DNA of 46,000 nt from positions 1 to 46,000 of the forward strand of contig JBHHYI010000011.1 in assembly GCA_046757525.1 (NCBI GenBank), in the 5' to 3' direction. Each line of letters begins with the position of its first letter. Positions within the stretch are counted from its first letter, which is position 1. The DNA comes from a bacterium (GTDB lineage Bacteria; Zhuqueibacterota; Zhuqueibacteria; Oceanimicrobiales; Oceanimicrobiaceae). Both the position numbers and the translations under genes were made by a program. Below the pieces are notes generated by a model. It was not told where the DNA came from and did no database searches. It saw nothing but the letters and a program-made list of their open reading frames with translations. Shown here piece after piece: positions 10,144 through 19,705 of the stretch.

Positions 10144-11100
10144 TCAGAGATAGGAGACGAACCTATCGGGTAAGAAGCTCACCTTCAAAATCGTGGCATA
10201 ATAAAGAATCTCGGCTTTCCAGTGGTCTCTTTTGGCGGGCTGCACCCCATAGCGCAGCGCTGCAAAGGCAAGCTTCACGGTATAAATCGTCAAGTAAAGG
10301 CAGCGAGTGACCATGGCTTTGAATAGCCCGTGATGTTTGTTGATAAACCGGAATTGACTCTTCATGGCCATTCTCGCTCGAATGATCGAGCGCTTTCCGG
10401 CGCTGCCGCCCAGTTCGTGCCTGATCCTTGCGGCAGGCACGAAATAAACCCCCAGGCCAGTCTCCCTGTTCAATCTGAGACACCAATCGCAATCCTCACC
10501 GAACATAAAGAACCTTTCGTCCATCAGGCCAACTCGTTCCAACTCACTTCTGCGGAACATCAAATCGGCGCCAGGAATATAAGTGACTTTCTTGTTTTGA
10601 AACTTTTTTTCATCCGGTATGATGCCCATGGAAGGGACTTTTCCGTAGAACCATTTGGATAGGCCGGTCGTGTCGAAGAAGGCCTGGGACACCGAAGGAT
10701 TGGCCAGGCTGTAAGTGCGCTGCGGGGTCGTCTCATCTTGCATTAACAAACCGCCTACGGCCCCTGCCTCGCGATGGTTTCGCAAGAATTCCACCAGGAT
10801 GAACAACGCGTTATTCAGCAGTTGCGTGTCCGGATTCAGAAGAATGATGTACTCGCCCACACTTTTGAGCAATCCGATGTTGGTCGCGGCAGCAAAACCG
10901 AGATTTTGACCGGCTTGAATGCACAGGACGTCGGGAAATCTCGCTTTGACCACCTCTGCCGTGCCGTCAGACGATCCGTTGTCAACCACGATAGTTTCAA
11001 ATCGTAGGTTTTCTGTTCGGTCAAATATGGACTGAATACACGCTGCAATAGCGTCGGCATTGTTAAACGTAACAATGATAATGGAAAGATCGATATTCAT
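10144..11100 (-). CDS. Glycosyltransferase family 2 (WbbL/rhamnosyltransferase-like)
   Basis: 'SIIIVTFN', 'VVDNGSSDGT', 'NLGFAAATN', 'LLNPD', 'FFMFGEDCDWC'. Confidence 0.9.
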   Translation of the reverse strand: MNIDLSIIIVTFNNADAIAACIQSIFDRTENLRFETIVVDNGSSDGTAEVVKARFPDVLCIQAGQNLGFAAATNIGLLKSVGEYIILLNPDTQLLNNALFILVEFLRNHREAGAVGGLLMQDETTPQRTYSLANPSVSQAFFDTTGLSKWFYGKVPSMGIIPDEKKFQNKKVTYIPGADLMFRRSELERVGLMDERFFMFGEDCDWCLRLNRETGLGVYFVPAARIRHELGGSAGKRSIIRARMAMKSQFRFINKHHGLFKAMVTRCLYLTIYTVKLAFAALRYGVQPAKRDHWKAEILYYATILKVSFLPDRFVSYL

Positions 11101-11114
11101 TTTTTCCTAAGCGT

Positions 11115-11210
11115 CGGGAGCTATCGAAGCCCGTCACCCCTCGATACGAACACTTGAACAGCAGTGACCTACTCGCCATGACTACTCGCACAGTGCTTCC
11201 AAAAGACGCC
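11115..11210. repeat. Dispersed ~100 bp REP/MITE-like repeat, copy 2
   Basis: Colinear similarity to bases 1-100; intergenic. Confidence 0.85.
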
Positions 11211-11621
11211 TACTCTTCGTAACGCAAACGTCTCGTTTGCGAGGGCATTCTCCTTGCGAAGGGAGACAGATTTTCTCTCGTCCAGAGCGAAAATCAGAGG
11301 GATGCCTGACCGCCAGAAGCTTGGCCTGGGTTTTCTGGGCGCCTCCTAAAATCCCCCTGGTTTTTTCGCTGGACGCTTCAAAAACCGTCCTCCTTCAGAA
11401 AGGGGAATTCTTTGCAACCAGCGTATAATTAAATAGTTGTGACAAGAGTCCAAACAAACGTTCCTTGAACCGGAGTGCCAAAATCAACGAAGCGTTCTTT
11501 TGCAGCCGAACGGTACCGTAAAAATACCTCCTGCGGAATGATTCTTACACTCCAACTACGTTTCTTACTGGAAAAACGACTGCAAGTAGATTGTCACTTC
11601 TAAGGGCACGAGTCGCTGAGC

Positions 11622-12338
11622 TCATCGGTGATCTTTTACACGCGCAATGTAGCCAGACGTGGTCACGTAGATCTCAAACTCATGTTCCTCAGAAGGATAG
11701 GTGAAAACCGTGTTGCCGTAGACAGCGGAAACAAATGGCAGTTTGTGGCCATATTTGTACAGCAGGCGCCAAATGGGTTCCCTTTCTTGCTGCACCAGAC
11801 TGTAAACGCTGGGAACGCGGTGGATTTCATCGTCGGTGGCCAGGAACCTTCCCCGCACCCGAGTCAGTTTGTACATGGAATGCAGCCCCACAAAATTCAG
11901 CCAACTGTCCCACTTCAAAATGTCCCCTTCAACAGCCCACTGATCCCCCTTCAAGACAAACCGTTTTCTCACATCTTGTGGCCGGGACTCGATTTCAAAC
12001 TGCATGGTCTGGCTGTCCTTGAGCGGGTAACATTTGACCTGAGCGACCAATTCTTCCCGAGTAAAACTCTGGTAGGACTGAACAAATGCAGCAAAGAAAA
12101 AGGCGGCTGAAGAAATCGCAATCCAGAACAGAATGGCCAAGAAACGAAAGGTGTTTTGACCGAAGCTGATGCGCTTTCTGTTCTTGTGGGCAAATCGCAA
12201 AAAGGTTCTGCGCACCCGATTGAGCAGGAAAAGCGAGAGAGCCAATAGCCCTGAAACCAATGACAGCAAAGAAGCGTAAAGCCACCAGGATTGACCCAGA
12301 GGCAATTCTGTGACGCTCATCAAGTATGGCTTGATCAT
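11622..12338 (-). CDS. Hypothetical membrane protein
   Basis: 238 aa with two N-terminal TM segments, then a soluble domain ('LKGDQWAVEGDILKW'); 10 bp downstream of the kinase gene. Confidence 0.7.
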   Translation of the reverse strand: MIKPYLMSVTELPLGQSWWLYASLLSLVSGLLALSLFLLNRVRRTFLRFAHKNRKRISFGQNTFRFLAILFWIAISSAAFFFAAFVQSYQSFTREELVAQVKCYPLKDSQTMQFEIESRPQDVRKRFVLKGDQWAVEGDILKWDSWLNFVGLHSMYKLTRVRGRFLATDDEIHRVPSVYSLVQQEREPIWRLLYKYGHKLPFVSAVYGNTVFTYPSEEHEFEIYVTTSGYIARVKDHR

Positions 12339-12348
12339 GGTTTGGTCT

Positions 12349-13533
12349 TCAAAGAATGATTCGCATCGTCGTTCCGTGTCCGGCTTTGGTCTCTTTAATC
12401 AGCAGTTTACCCCCGTGGTATTCTTCCACGATCCGTTTGGCCAGGCTCAAGCCCAATCCCCAACCTCTTTTCTTGGTGCTGAATCCCGGCTTAAACACAT
12501 CGTTTTTTTTGCTGGCCTCAATGCCGCGCCCATTATCGGAAATATCGATATAGATTCGGTGCTTGCCGTTTTTTATGGCACCCAACTCGATTTCAATTTT
12601 ACCGGTGTCCTTCTCCAGGGCGTCCAGAGAGTTCTTGACCAGATTCTCGATTACCCATTCAAACAGGTCCTTGTTGAGCGGCACTTTGGAACACAGGCGA
12701 TAATTCTCAACGATTTTGACCCTTTTTCCCCACTGCGGCAGTCGCCGTCTGAAATATTTCACCACTTCTGAAATGACCGCCCCCACATCGATCTCCTTTA
12801 AATCGGCTTTGGAACCGATTTGAGAAAACCGTGTGGTTACTTTGTTCAGGCGATTCAGGTCTCGTTCCATTTCTAACAGGGTCTTCTGCGTGTCTCTTTC
12901 CAACGACCTGGATTTCAAGATCTCCAGCCAACCCAGCAGCGAGGAGAGCGGCGTGCCAATCTGATGCGCCGTCTCCTTCGACATGCCAACCCAAATAAAC
13001 TGCTCCTCGCTTCTTTTAATGCTCCGAAAACCGAAAAAGCCGATCAAGATGAAGCCACCCACCACGGCGATTTCGATGTAAGGCAACATCTGCAAGCGCT
13101 TAATCAATCTTGAATCGCCATAATAGAGATACCCTAACAAGATATCCTCGTATTTTAACGGAATGGGGTCCGCTTCTCTTTCCATCACTGCGATCATGCT
13201 CTTGACTTTGGCAACGGCTTGCTGGGAGTGGTCGTTAGGGTCGATGTCGATGCCCTTCCACCCCGTGGGTGTGCGGTCAGCGTCGGTGAGAACGATCGGG
13301 AAATTGGTGCGCTGGATGATCTGATCGAAAATAAAATTCAGATTCGTGTTTGATTCGGCCGAGGCTGCCGAGGCATACAGTTGCGTGTAAAAAAGCAAGA
13401 TTTCCCGCGATTCCGCTCTGAGTTCGTTGACAATGCTTTGACTGTAAAGCAGCAACACGATGATGATGAGAATGGCGAAGATGAACAAGAAGCCCTTAAA
13501 GCGGCCTCTGAGATTGTAGAGATTGATCTGCAT
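12349..13533 (-). CDS. Membrane sensor histidine kinase (no adjacent response regulator)
   Basis: Two TMs; H-box 'KETAHQIGTPLSSL'; N box 'ENLVKNSLDA'; G1 'DNGRGI'; G2 'GWGLGLS'. Confidence 0.92.
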   Translation of the reverse strand: MQINLYNLRGRFKGFLFIFAILIIIVLLLYSQSIVNELRAESREILLFYTQLYASAASAESNTNLNFIFDQIIQRTNFPIVLTDADRTPTGWKGIDIDPNDHSQQAVAKVKSMIAVMEREADPIPLKYEDILLGYLYYGDSRLIKRLQMLPYIEIAVVGGFILIGFFGFRSIKRSEEQFIWVGMSKETAHQIGTPLSSLLGWLEILKSRSLERDTQKTLLEMERDLNRLNKVTTRFSQIGSKADLKEIDVGAVISEVVKYFRRRLPQWGKRVKIVENYRLCSKVPLNKDLFEWVIENLVKNSLDALEKDTGKIEIELGAIKNGKHRIYIDISDNGRGIEASKKNDVFKPGFSTKKRGWGLGLSLAKRIVEEYHGGKLLIKETKAGHGTTMRIIL

Positions 13534-13650
13534 TATTGAATCAGAATTGGTTCCGTTTTCAATTTGGCACTCTTGTGCAAGAAATGAGACCTGGTACTAA
13601 AGGGCCTCAAGCTCTCCTTCAAGCATAGTCGTAACAGGCAGCATTGGACG

Positions 13651-16257
13651 TCAACGGTCTGGCGTTTCGGTTGTTTTTAGATAAGCGACGCTTGCGGTTC
13701 TTTTCAGGTTCCGGTTTTGTCGGAGCCCCACAGCTAATATGGCCAGAACGATGAGCCAGCTCACCCCGCTTACCGCTAAGCCGGCCTCAAATGCAGGAGA
13801 TTCAAAAACGAACTCTACGTCGTGAGTTCCCGCTGGCACCCAAACCGAACGCAGCAAGTAATCGGTTTTGTAGATTTGGGTTGGCCGTCCGTCAATACGC
13901 GCATGCCAACCTTTGGGATAATAAATCTCACCTAACACGAGCAGCCTGGGCGAACCGGTCTTTGTTTGCAACCTGATTTTGTTCAACTGGTAGTCCGTAA
14001 TTTGCACCTCGCCCAGGCTATCCCTCTGAACTGCATGTTCCAATGGCTGTTCCAGAATCGCGGTTTGGCTGGGATCGAACTCACCGGATTGCAAGAGTTC
14101 CAACGCTGCGTTCTGATTGGCCACCACTTGCACCTTGCCTACCAGGTAGGCCCTGGGCAGAAAGTGCTCGTTCTGATAAATGTAAATCGGACTTGCTTGA
14201 CCGCGCAGAGCCATCTGAGTTGTTTTCGCCAGTTTAAAGTTAGCTTCGGGAATTGGGTAAGGTGAGACCACATATTTGACATTTAGCAGGTTCAGAGCGG
14301 TCAAATCGACCTGTCTCGTCTGTTGCGAAACTTGCTCTTTTGGAATGGGCTGCAGAGTTTGTTGACCGTTCTGAGTCCGAATCCTGTAATAATTGAACAG
14401 AAAGCCGTTGGGCAGATTCATCGCGTCCAGGAAAGATTGATAGAGTTTTAGCTTGGCAGCGAAGTAGCCGCCAATAGTCGCAAGCCCATGGGCCGACCAT
14501 CTGTTTTCACGGAACAACGGTGGCAGGGGGAAAATGCGGAAAATGTCCTTGTCCTGCTTCAGGAAGTTTACGGTTTCGTCTGCCGCCAAATACTGCTTCA
14601 TGGACTGTCGCGGCTGCGGTTTGTTAAGCTTGAAATCCACAATCCAGAGGTCTACCAGGGTGAGAAACGCCAAAATGAGGCCGAAGTAGACGGATTTCAG
14701 GGATCGCTTCAGCAGCGCCCACAGAACAAGCAAACCCACAGACAAGAGCACGACCATGATCCACATGTCTTTGATCAACATCTCGAAACGCATTCCGTTG
14801 AGCTGTCTCTGAATGTTGGGCTGATAGCGAGAGGGATACATGCGGCTCATAAAACCAAATACTGAGTCGTGGAACAAGGTAACCAGCACCACGACCGCTG
14901 CTAAGGCCCCGGTCGTCAACAGAGCTGTCTTGAAAACCCTATTGGAAAGCGGCATCACGTTCTTAGCTCTCTCGCCCGCTTTTTTCGCGAGTTCCACGAT
15001 GTTCTGCAAGCCCATGCCGGCTAAAACCGCCACCGAGAATTGCACCAGGATAAGAATCATGACCGGCACCCGGAACTTGCTGAAAAAGGGCAAATAACTG
15101 TAAAGCAGTTTATAAGGCGGCGAAAAATGTCTCCCAAAGGAGATCAACAAAGACAGGACGATCATGGTTAAGAAGAACCAGGTCGTCTTTCTGCGCACAT
15201 AAACGAAGGCAAAGATGGCTAATGCCAGAGGCAGGATGCCCATGTAGTTGGGGTAGTCGGTGAATGGCATGGCGCCCCAGTAGGTTTGCCCTCCGAAGCC
15301 AAAAAAGGAAGGGACGAGAAACGTCAACATTTCTTTGGGGTGAAAGGACCATTGGGTGGCGTAGTCAAAGCCGGCAGCCCCGGCCCCGTTGCCGCCGCCA
15401 GCCCCCCCACGAATCGAAAATGGGGTGTATTCGTACACGGAAAGATATAGAATTGCGGAGAGGCCAAAGGCCAATACCAAAGCAGAAGCCAACGCCCCCA
15501 ACGATTTGGAAAGATCGCCCCTCAGCGCTTTATGACGCCAGGTTCGCACCACAAAATAAATGGCGTATAGCCCCAAGGCCATCCAGGTGTAGTAGACGAT
15601 TTGAATGTGGCCTCGTTGCAGTTGCAGCCCGATGACCAGCGCAGCCAGACCGAGATTGCGCAGACTTCTTTTTTCCATTAAGCGATCGACAGCCCAGAGA
15701 ACCAGAGGAATGTAGGCGGCAGTCATCATCTGACTGCCGTGGCCAAAAACCTCCATGGTGATTAAGAAGGGGGTGAACATAAACGTGATGCCGCCTAACA
15801 ACCCGCCCCAAAAATTGACCTCTTTGGATCGGAGAAAAAGGAAAGTCCCCATGCCCGCGAGGATGTAGTGCGCCAAATGCTTGAAGATATCATTAATGAA
15901 GGGCAGTATTTTCGGGATCAATTCCAGCACCAAATAGGGAACATAAACGAACGGATAGTACATGGTACTGCCGAACGAGGGCATGCCCCCGAAAATGTAC
16001 GGGGTCCACTGAGGGTAGACATGATTCTGCCGCAGCGCTTTCACCAATGGCTGCGTCAGGGCCACATGCGATTGGGCATCCGGCACCACGAAGGCCCAGG
16101 CGCCGAAGACGACCTTATGAAAAAAAATGAACACCATGGTAGCAAAAATGACCAACGCCAGGGCATTAGGGTATCTTTCCACCATGTGCTTTAAATCAAA
16201 CTTCGATTGAGGTTGCCGGTTTCTACTCTGGATCTTTTGTCTTCGTTTCTTGGCCAT
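13651..16257 (-). CDS. YfhO-family polytopic membrane protein (GT-C-like)
   Basis: 'PQWTPYIFGGMPS', many TMs, C-terminal 'LVLGEIYYPKGWHARIDG...VPAGTHDVEF'. Confidence 0.85.
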   Translation of the reverse strand: MAKKRRQKIQSRNRQPQSKFDLKHMVERYPNALALVIFATMVFIFFHKVVFGAWAFVVPDAQSHVALTQPLVKALRQNHVYPQWTPYIFGGMPSFGSTMYYPFVYVPYLVLELIPKILPFINDIFKHLAHYILAGMGTFLFLRSKEVNFWGGLLGGITFMFTPFLITMEVFGHGSQMMTAAYIPLVLWAVDRLMEKRSLRNLGLAALVIGLQLQRGHIQIVYYTWMALGLYAIYFVVRTWRHKALRGDLSKSLGALASALVLAFGLSAILYLSVYEYTPFSIRGGAGGGNGAGAAGFDYATQWSFHPKEMLTFLVPSFFGFGGQTYWGAMPFTDYPNYMGILPLALAIFAFVYVRRKTTWFFLTMIVLSLLISFGRHFSPPYKLLYSYLPFFSKFRVPVMILILVQFSVAVLAGMGLQNIVELAKKAGERAKNVMPLSNRVFKTALLTTGALAAVVVLVTLFHDSVFGFMSRMYPSRYQPNIQRQLNGMRFEMLIKDMWIMVVLLSVGLLVLWALLKRSLKSVYFGLILAFLTLVDLWIVDFKLNKPQPRQSMKQYLAADETVNFLKQDKDIFRIFPLPPLFRENRWSAHGLATIGGYFAAKLKLYQSFLDAMNLPNGFLFNYYRIRTQNGQQTLQPIPKEQVSQQTRQVDLTALNLLNVKYVVSPYPIPEANFKLAKTTQMALRGQASPIYIYQNEHFLPRAYLVGKVQVVANQNAALELLQSGEFDPSQTAILEQPLEHAVQRDSLGEVQITDYQLNKIRLQTKTGSPRLLVLGEIYYPKGWHARIDGRPTQIYKTDYLLRSVWVPAGTHDVEFVFESPAFEAGLAVSGVSWLIVLAILAVGLRQNRNLKRTASVAYLKTTETPDR

Positions 16258-17095
16258 AGCCGTTCAGTTTTAGATAAATACGTTCGGTTTCATGGTTACT
16301 TACGATTTTCTTAAAGGTCCACAATCTTCGGATGGGCATTAGAGCGCCGTAGAGATAGACGGCCAGGGCGCTCGGCAGCACAGGTTTGAATTCAACACCG
16401 TAGTGCCTGGCAACCAATTCTACCAGAAGCAATGTGGCAAAAATGTGTAAGATGCCTGGAAAGGCAAAAACCGCAAACAAAAACCGCAGCCCCCGGTTCT
16501 TTGCTTTCTTGGAAATATATTGAAGAGGCAATGCATCGGTGCCTTTTAGTTTGCTCTCCACGTCGGCGTAGTAGTCGTAATTCTTGTCGAGGTGAGACTT
16601 CACGGATTGGGCTGCTTCCAGGTACATGGCGAAAACGTCGAGCCGCAGCGAAAAAAAACCGGCCAAGAACCCAAGCACGACCAGTTCCACCCGACCCGTC
16701 TTCATAAAAGCCCCGAAACCAAATCCAAAAAACATGATCATGATCACGTAGGTGTGGGCCAGGGTGTCGATGTACTTGCCGGTAATGCTGACCTGTTTCC
16801 GGTAGCGGGCCACTTCGCCGTCCACATTGTCAATAACGTAGCTCAGGTAAAGAAAGAAAATGCCCGCCAGTTGTACCTTCAGGTCAGCAAACGCCAACAA
16901 GATAGAACCCAGAATGCCGATGATCATGTGCAAAACGGTAACTTGATTCGCGCTCATTGGCGTCTGTAGAATGAGCCAGGTAAAGTAAACGGAGATAGGA
17001 CGCACCACATAATAGCCAAAATTCGCCCGACCCTCGATTCCTTCGGTGGGATTGATTCGATATTTGAAATTTTTGACTTCTTTCAGAGATAACAT
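16223..17095 (-). CDS. CDP-alcohol phosphatidyltransferase family protein
   Basis: 'SANQVT' and signature 'DNVDGEVARYRKQVSITGKYIDT' (DxxDGxxAR...GxxxD). Confidence 0.88.
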   Translation of the reverse strand: MLSLKEVKNFKYRINPTEGIEGRANFGYYVVRPISVYFTWLILQTPMSANQVTVLHMIIGILGSILLAFADLKVQLAGIFFLYLSYVIDNVDGEVARYRKQVSITGKYIDTLAHTYVIMIMFFGFGFGAFMKTGRVELVVLGFLAGFFSLRLDVFAMYLEAAQSVKSHLDKNYDYYADVESKLKGTDALPLQYISKKAKNRGLRFLFAVFAFPGILHIFATLLLVELVARHYGVEFKPVLPSALAVYLYGALMPIRRLWTFKKIVSNHETERIYLKLNGYGQETKTKDPE

Positions 17096-17098
17096 TGT

Positions 17099-17665
17099 CT
17101 ACTTCTTGCTGATTTGAATCTGCAAATTACGACCAAAAAACAGGTAACGAAGCGCAGGCCGAATTCCTCTTAACAACCACTTCGTGGGGATATGCCGCAC
17201 AATTCTCAATCTATCGATCTTAAAATCCGCCCTTGCAAACAATTCCCCAAGCTCTTTGGGCGTGTACTCCTTGAAATGCTTTTCGTTGTCTCTAAATAGA
17301 TCCGGATTTCTGAGGGGCGTGGACAGGTACATCTTTCCCCCGTCCTCCAAAATGTCATGACAGTTCTGCATGAAAAAAAGCGGATTCATCAAGTGTTCGA
17401 TGACTTCAAAACAAAATATGGTAGTGTAACGACCTTTTAGTTTCTCGGTATCCAGGTCGAGCAAACCGGTGTCCTCGATTTTGACTGCGAAATGCTGCTC
17501 TAACATCTCGGTGAAAGGATTCCGCTCGCCGATGTCCAAAACCTTGCCTTGCGGATCGATTGCAATAAAATCAAGCAGCAGTTTCCATCGCTTTTGGTTT
17601 AGATCGGTGACATAGTTTTCGTCCCAAACGTTCACATAGCCTGGGATCGATTTAAGGTCCGACAT
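17099..17665 (-). CDS. SAM-dependent methyltransferase domain protein
   Basis: 'VLDIG', 'FEVIEHL', 'GGKMYLSTP', 'HFKEYT'. Confidence 0.8.
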   Translation of the reverse strand: MSDLKSIPGYVNVWDENYVTDLNQKRWKLLLDFIAIDPQGKVLDIGERNPFTEMLEQHFAVKIEDTGLLDLDTEKLKGRYTTIFCFEVIEHLMNPLFFMQNCHDILEDGGKMYLSTPLRNPDLFRDNEKHFKEYTPKELGELFARADFKIDRLRIVRHIPTKWLLRGIRPALRYLFFGRNLQIQISKK

Positions 17666-19133
17666 GCATCAAATCGCCTTTTACCACCCGAATCTTATTT
17701 CTTAGTATGGTCGATTGTTCCAATTCCATGTGCATCCGCAACAGCTCATCCAATTTTTCTGCTAAGGTCTGCCGCTGTTTGATTAGGTTGTTCTGTTCGC
17801 CGGGATCGGCCTGCAAATCAAAGAGGTGAGTCGGTCCCATTCTTGACTCCCGGATCAGCTTCCAATTTTGGGTTCTTAGACTGTAAACTTTGGGCACTGA
17901 GTGTAAATCAAAAACCTTCTCGTCCATCGGCATTTGTCCATCGGCGTCATAGGAAGCCTCAGAGATGACAAAATTCCTTTGTTCGATTAAATTCGAATGG
18001 AACACTTGCGTGAAAGCATGGCCAAACATATCCTCGGTGTTGTTTTCAATACCCAATAACCGACAAATAGTGGGCACCAACCCGATATGGCTTATCAGAG
18101 TATGTACTTTCTTTGGACCGTTCGACTCAGGAGTTTTCATCAAGAAAGGAACGTGAATGAGTTCGTCATATAACTTGGACTTGTGCAACAATCCGTTGTG
18201 GTCCTGGAATTCTTCACCGTGATCCGCTGTAATGACGATTATGGAATTGTCATACAGATTTTTGGATTTCAGTTGACTTAAGATTGCGCCAACTCGAAAG
18301 TCCATTTCTCTAATGGTTGCGTCATACAATATTAGACCTTGCTGAACAATCCTCGGATCTGCCCTCCGTTTGAACCGCAAGTGCGCAGCAATCTTTTCCG
18401 CGTCATATTTGTCGATGTTGTCGTCGTAGAAATCTCCCACGATATGGCGTTGCGGTGCGTAAGGATAGTGGGTGTCCATGATGTGTAGCCACAGAAAAAA
18501 AGGTGGGTCTGCATGCAAGTCGATCCAATTGGAAGTCCTACCATAAAATTCATCCAGGAGTTTTTTCTTGTTGGTAACGCTATGGTGAACTGTGGCGTGA
18601 CTCTTCAAGAATACTTTCCAATGCTCCAGGAATTGATAGACTTTGGTGCCGGCGGGAATGAAACCCTTGGCAATTTTCGCCATACCGTCCAATGATTTTT
18701 GAAATAAAGTAAGCTCATTTTCCGATAGTGCCGTCACGATTTTTGAATTGTTTTTCGAAAAGGACGCAAATTCAATGAAATCCTCAAACAGATCAAAGCC
18801 GCGCTGGTACTGAAAATAGCGAGAGACCCAGCAATTGGCGGCAACGAAGCCGGCGGTCTTGTAGCCCATGGATTTCAGCAGTTCAGCCATGGTTACTTTG
18901 GCGTCGAACAAACCGAACCGATTCGACATCAGCGGGTACCTGGAGGCCATAATGGGCGGGAAGGCATGCGGCGTGTTGGGACCATTAGAGAAAGCGTTGG
19001 TAAAAAGATAGCTCTCTTCTGCAAGTCGATCTATATTGGGGGAAGTCGGTTTGGAATATCCATAACAGCCCAAATGGTCTGCGCGCAAGGAATCAACCGT
19101 AATCAAAATAACATTGGGCTTAGTTTTTTTCAT
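17652..19133 (-). CDS. Sulfatase-like hydrolase/transferase (alkaline phosphatase superfamily)
   Basis: 'PNVILITVDSLRADHL', 'HIMDTHYPY', 'ITADHGEEF', 'LYDELIHVP', 'LFDLQADPGEQ'; Thr at the nucleophile position instead of C/SxPxR. Confidence 0.88.
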   Translation of the reverse strand: MKKTKPNVILITVDSLRADHLGCYGYSKPTSPNIDRLAEESYLFTNAFSNGPNTPHAFPPIMASRYPLMSNRFGLFDAKVTMAELLKSMGYKTAGFVAANCWVSRYFQYQRGFDLFEDFIEFASFSKNNSKIVTALSENELTLFQKSLDGMAKIAKGFIPAGTKVYQFLEHWKVFLKSHATVHHSVTNKKKLLDEFYGRTSNWIDLHADPPFFLWLHIMDTHYPYAPQRHIVGDFYDDNIDKYDAEKIAAHLRFKRRADPRIVQQGLILYDATIREMDFRVGAILSQLKSKNLYDNSIIVITADHGEEFQDHNGLLHKSKLYDELIHVPFLMKTPESNGPKKVHTLISHIGLVPTICRLLGIENNTEDMFGHAFTQVFHSNLIEQRNFVISEASYDADGQMPMDEKVFDLHSVPKVYSLRTQNWKLIRESRMGPTHLFDLQADPGEQNNLIKQRQTLAEKLDELLRMHMELEQSTILRNKIRVVKGDLMHVGP

Positions 19134-19340
19134 TTACAAATAACCTAAATCCTCTAATCGCTTCTTGATGATCTCTTCGTCTTCCTTTGAGTAACCGCTA
19201 CCCCTGTCCGAGGAAAACATTTCCTTTAACACGAAATTTAAGTAGTCTGAGACACTTTTAAATTGACTTGATTCAGCCACGATCTTCGCTATTTCATCAT
19301 AATATTCTTTTAGTATTTTTACTTCAACAGTTTCAGGCAC
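19134..19340 (-). CDS. Small CopG/ribbon-helix-helix-like protein with C-terminal 'RLEDLGYL'
   Basis: Likely GTG start at 19340 after a GGAG RBS (the ORF track starts at 19376); strand 'TVEVKI' followed by two helices 'FKSVSDYLNFVLKE'. Confidence 0.7.
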   Translation of the reverse strand: MPETVEVKILKEYYDEIAKIVAESSQFKSVSDYLNFVLKEMFSSDRGSGYSKEDEEIIKKRLEDLGYL

Positions 19341-19421
19341 TTGTTTCTCCTGTCTTAACCGTTTTATCCTTCTCATTTAATTTGTCTAAGAATTTTGCGG
19401 CACGGTTACTAAACTTAATTT

Positions 19422-19619
19422 TCATTTTTTAATCCAATGGGTCATGTCGATAAACTTCTCCTCATCATAATCCTCAGGCGATCCATATTTTTTTGTGATT
19501 TCTTGTAGTTCTTTGCTAGAAACATAGGGAACCAATAATTCGTAAAGGACCAACCTCTCTTCTTTCAACACTTCCCTAACACTTTCCTTAATCAATGCTT
19601 TGAGAGTTTCTTCTTTCAT
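19422..19619 (-). CDS. Small hypothetical protein, possibly antitoxin-like
   Basis: 65 aa with GGAG RBS; 'LKALIKESVREVLKEERL...PYVS'. Confidence 0.6.
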   Translation of the reverse strand: MKEETLKALIKESVREVLKEERLVLYELLVPYVSSKELQEITKKYGSPEDYDEEKFIDMTHWIKK

Positions 19620-19705
19620 GGTTGTGCTCCATTATTTCAGACGTATGCTCATGCTTAAAATTCTAAATTATGAGAAAGACTAAAATGAAAATCGATTTTT
19701 CCTTG

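Noticed and set aside
11237..11410. Imperfect inverted repeats suggesting another REP-like element
   Set aside because: The pairing is too degenerate and there is no second copy in the window.
13565..13580. TGGCACTCTTGTGCAA, a sigma54-like motif
   Set aside because: The GG-to-GC spacing is 9 rather than 10, and it points away from any plus-strand gene.
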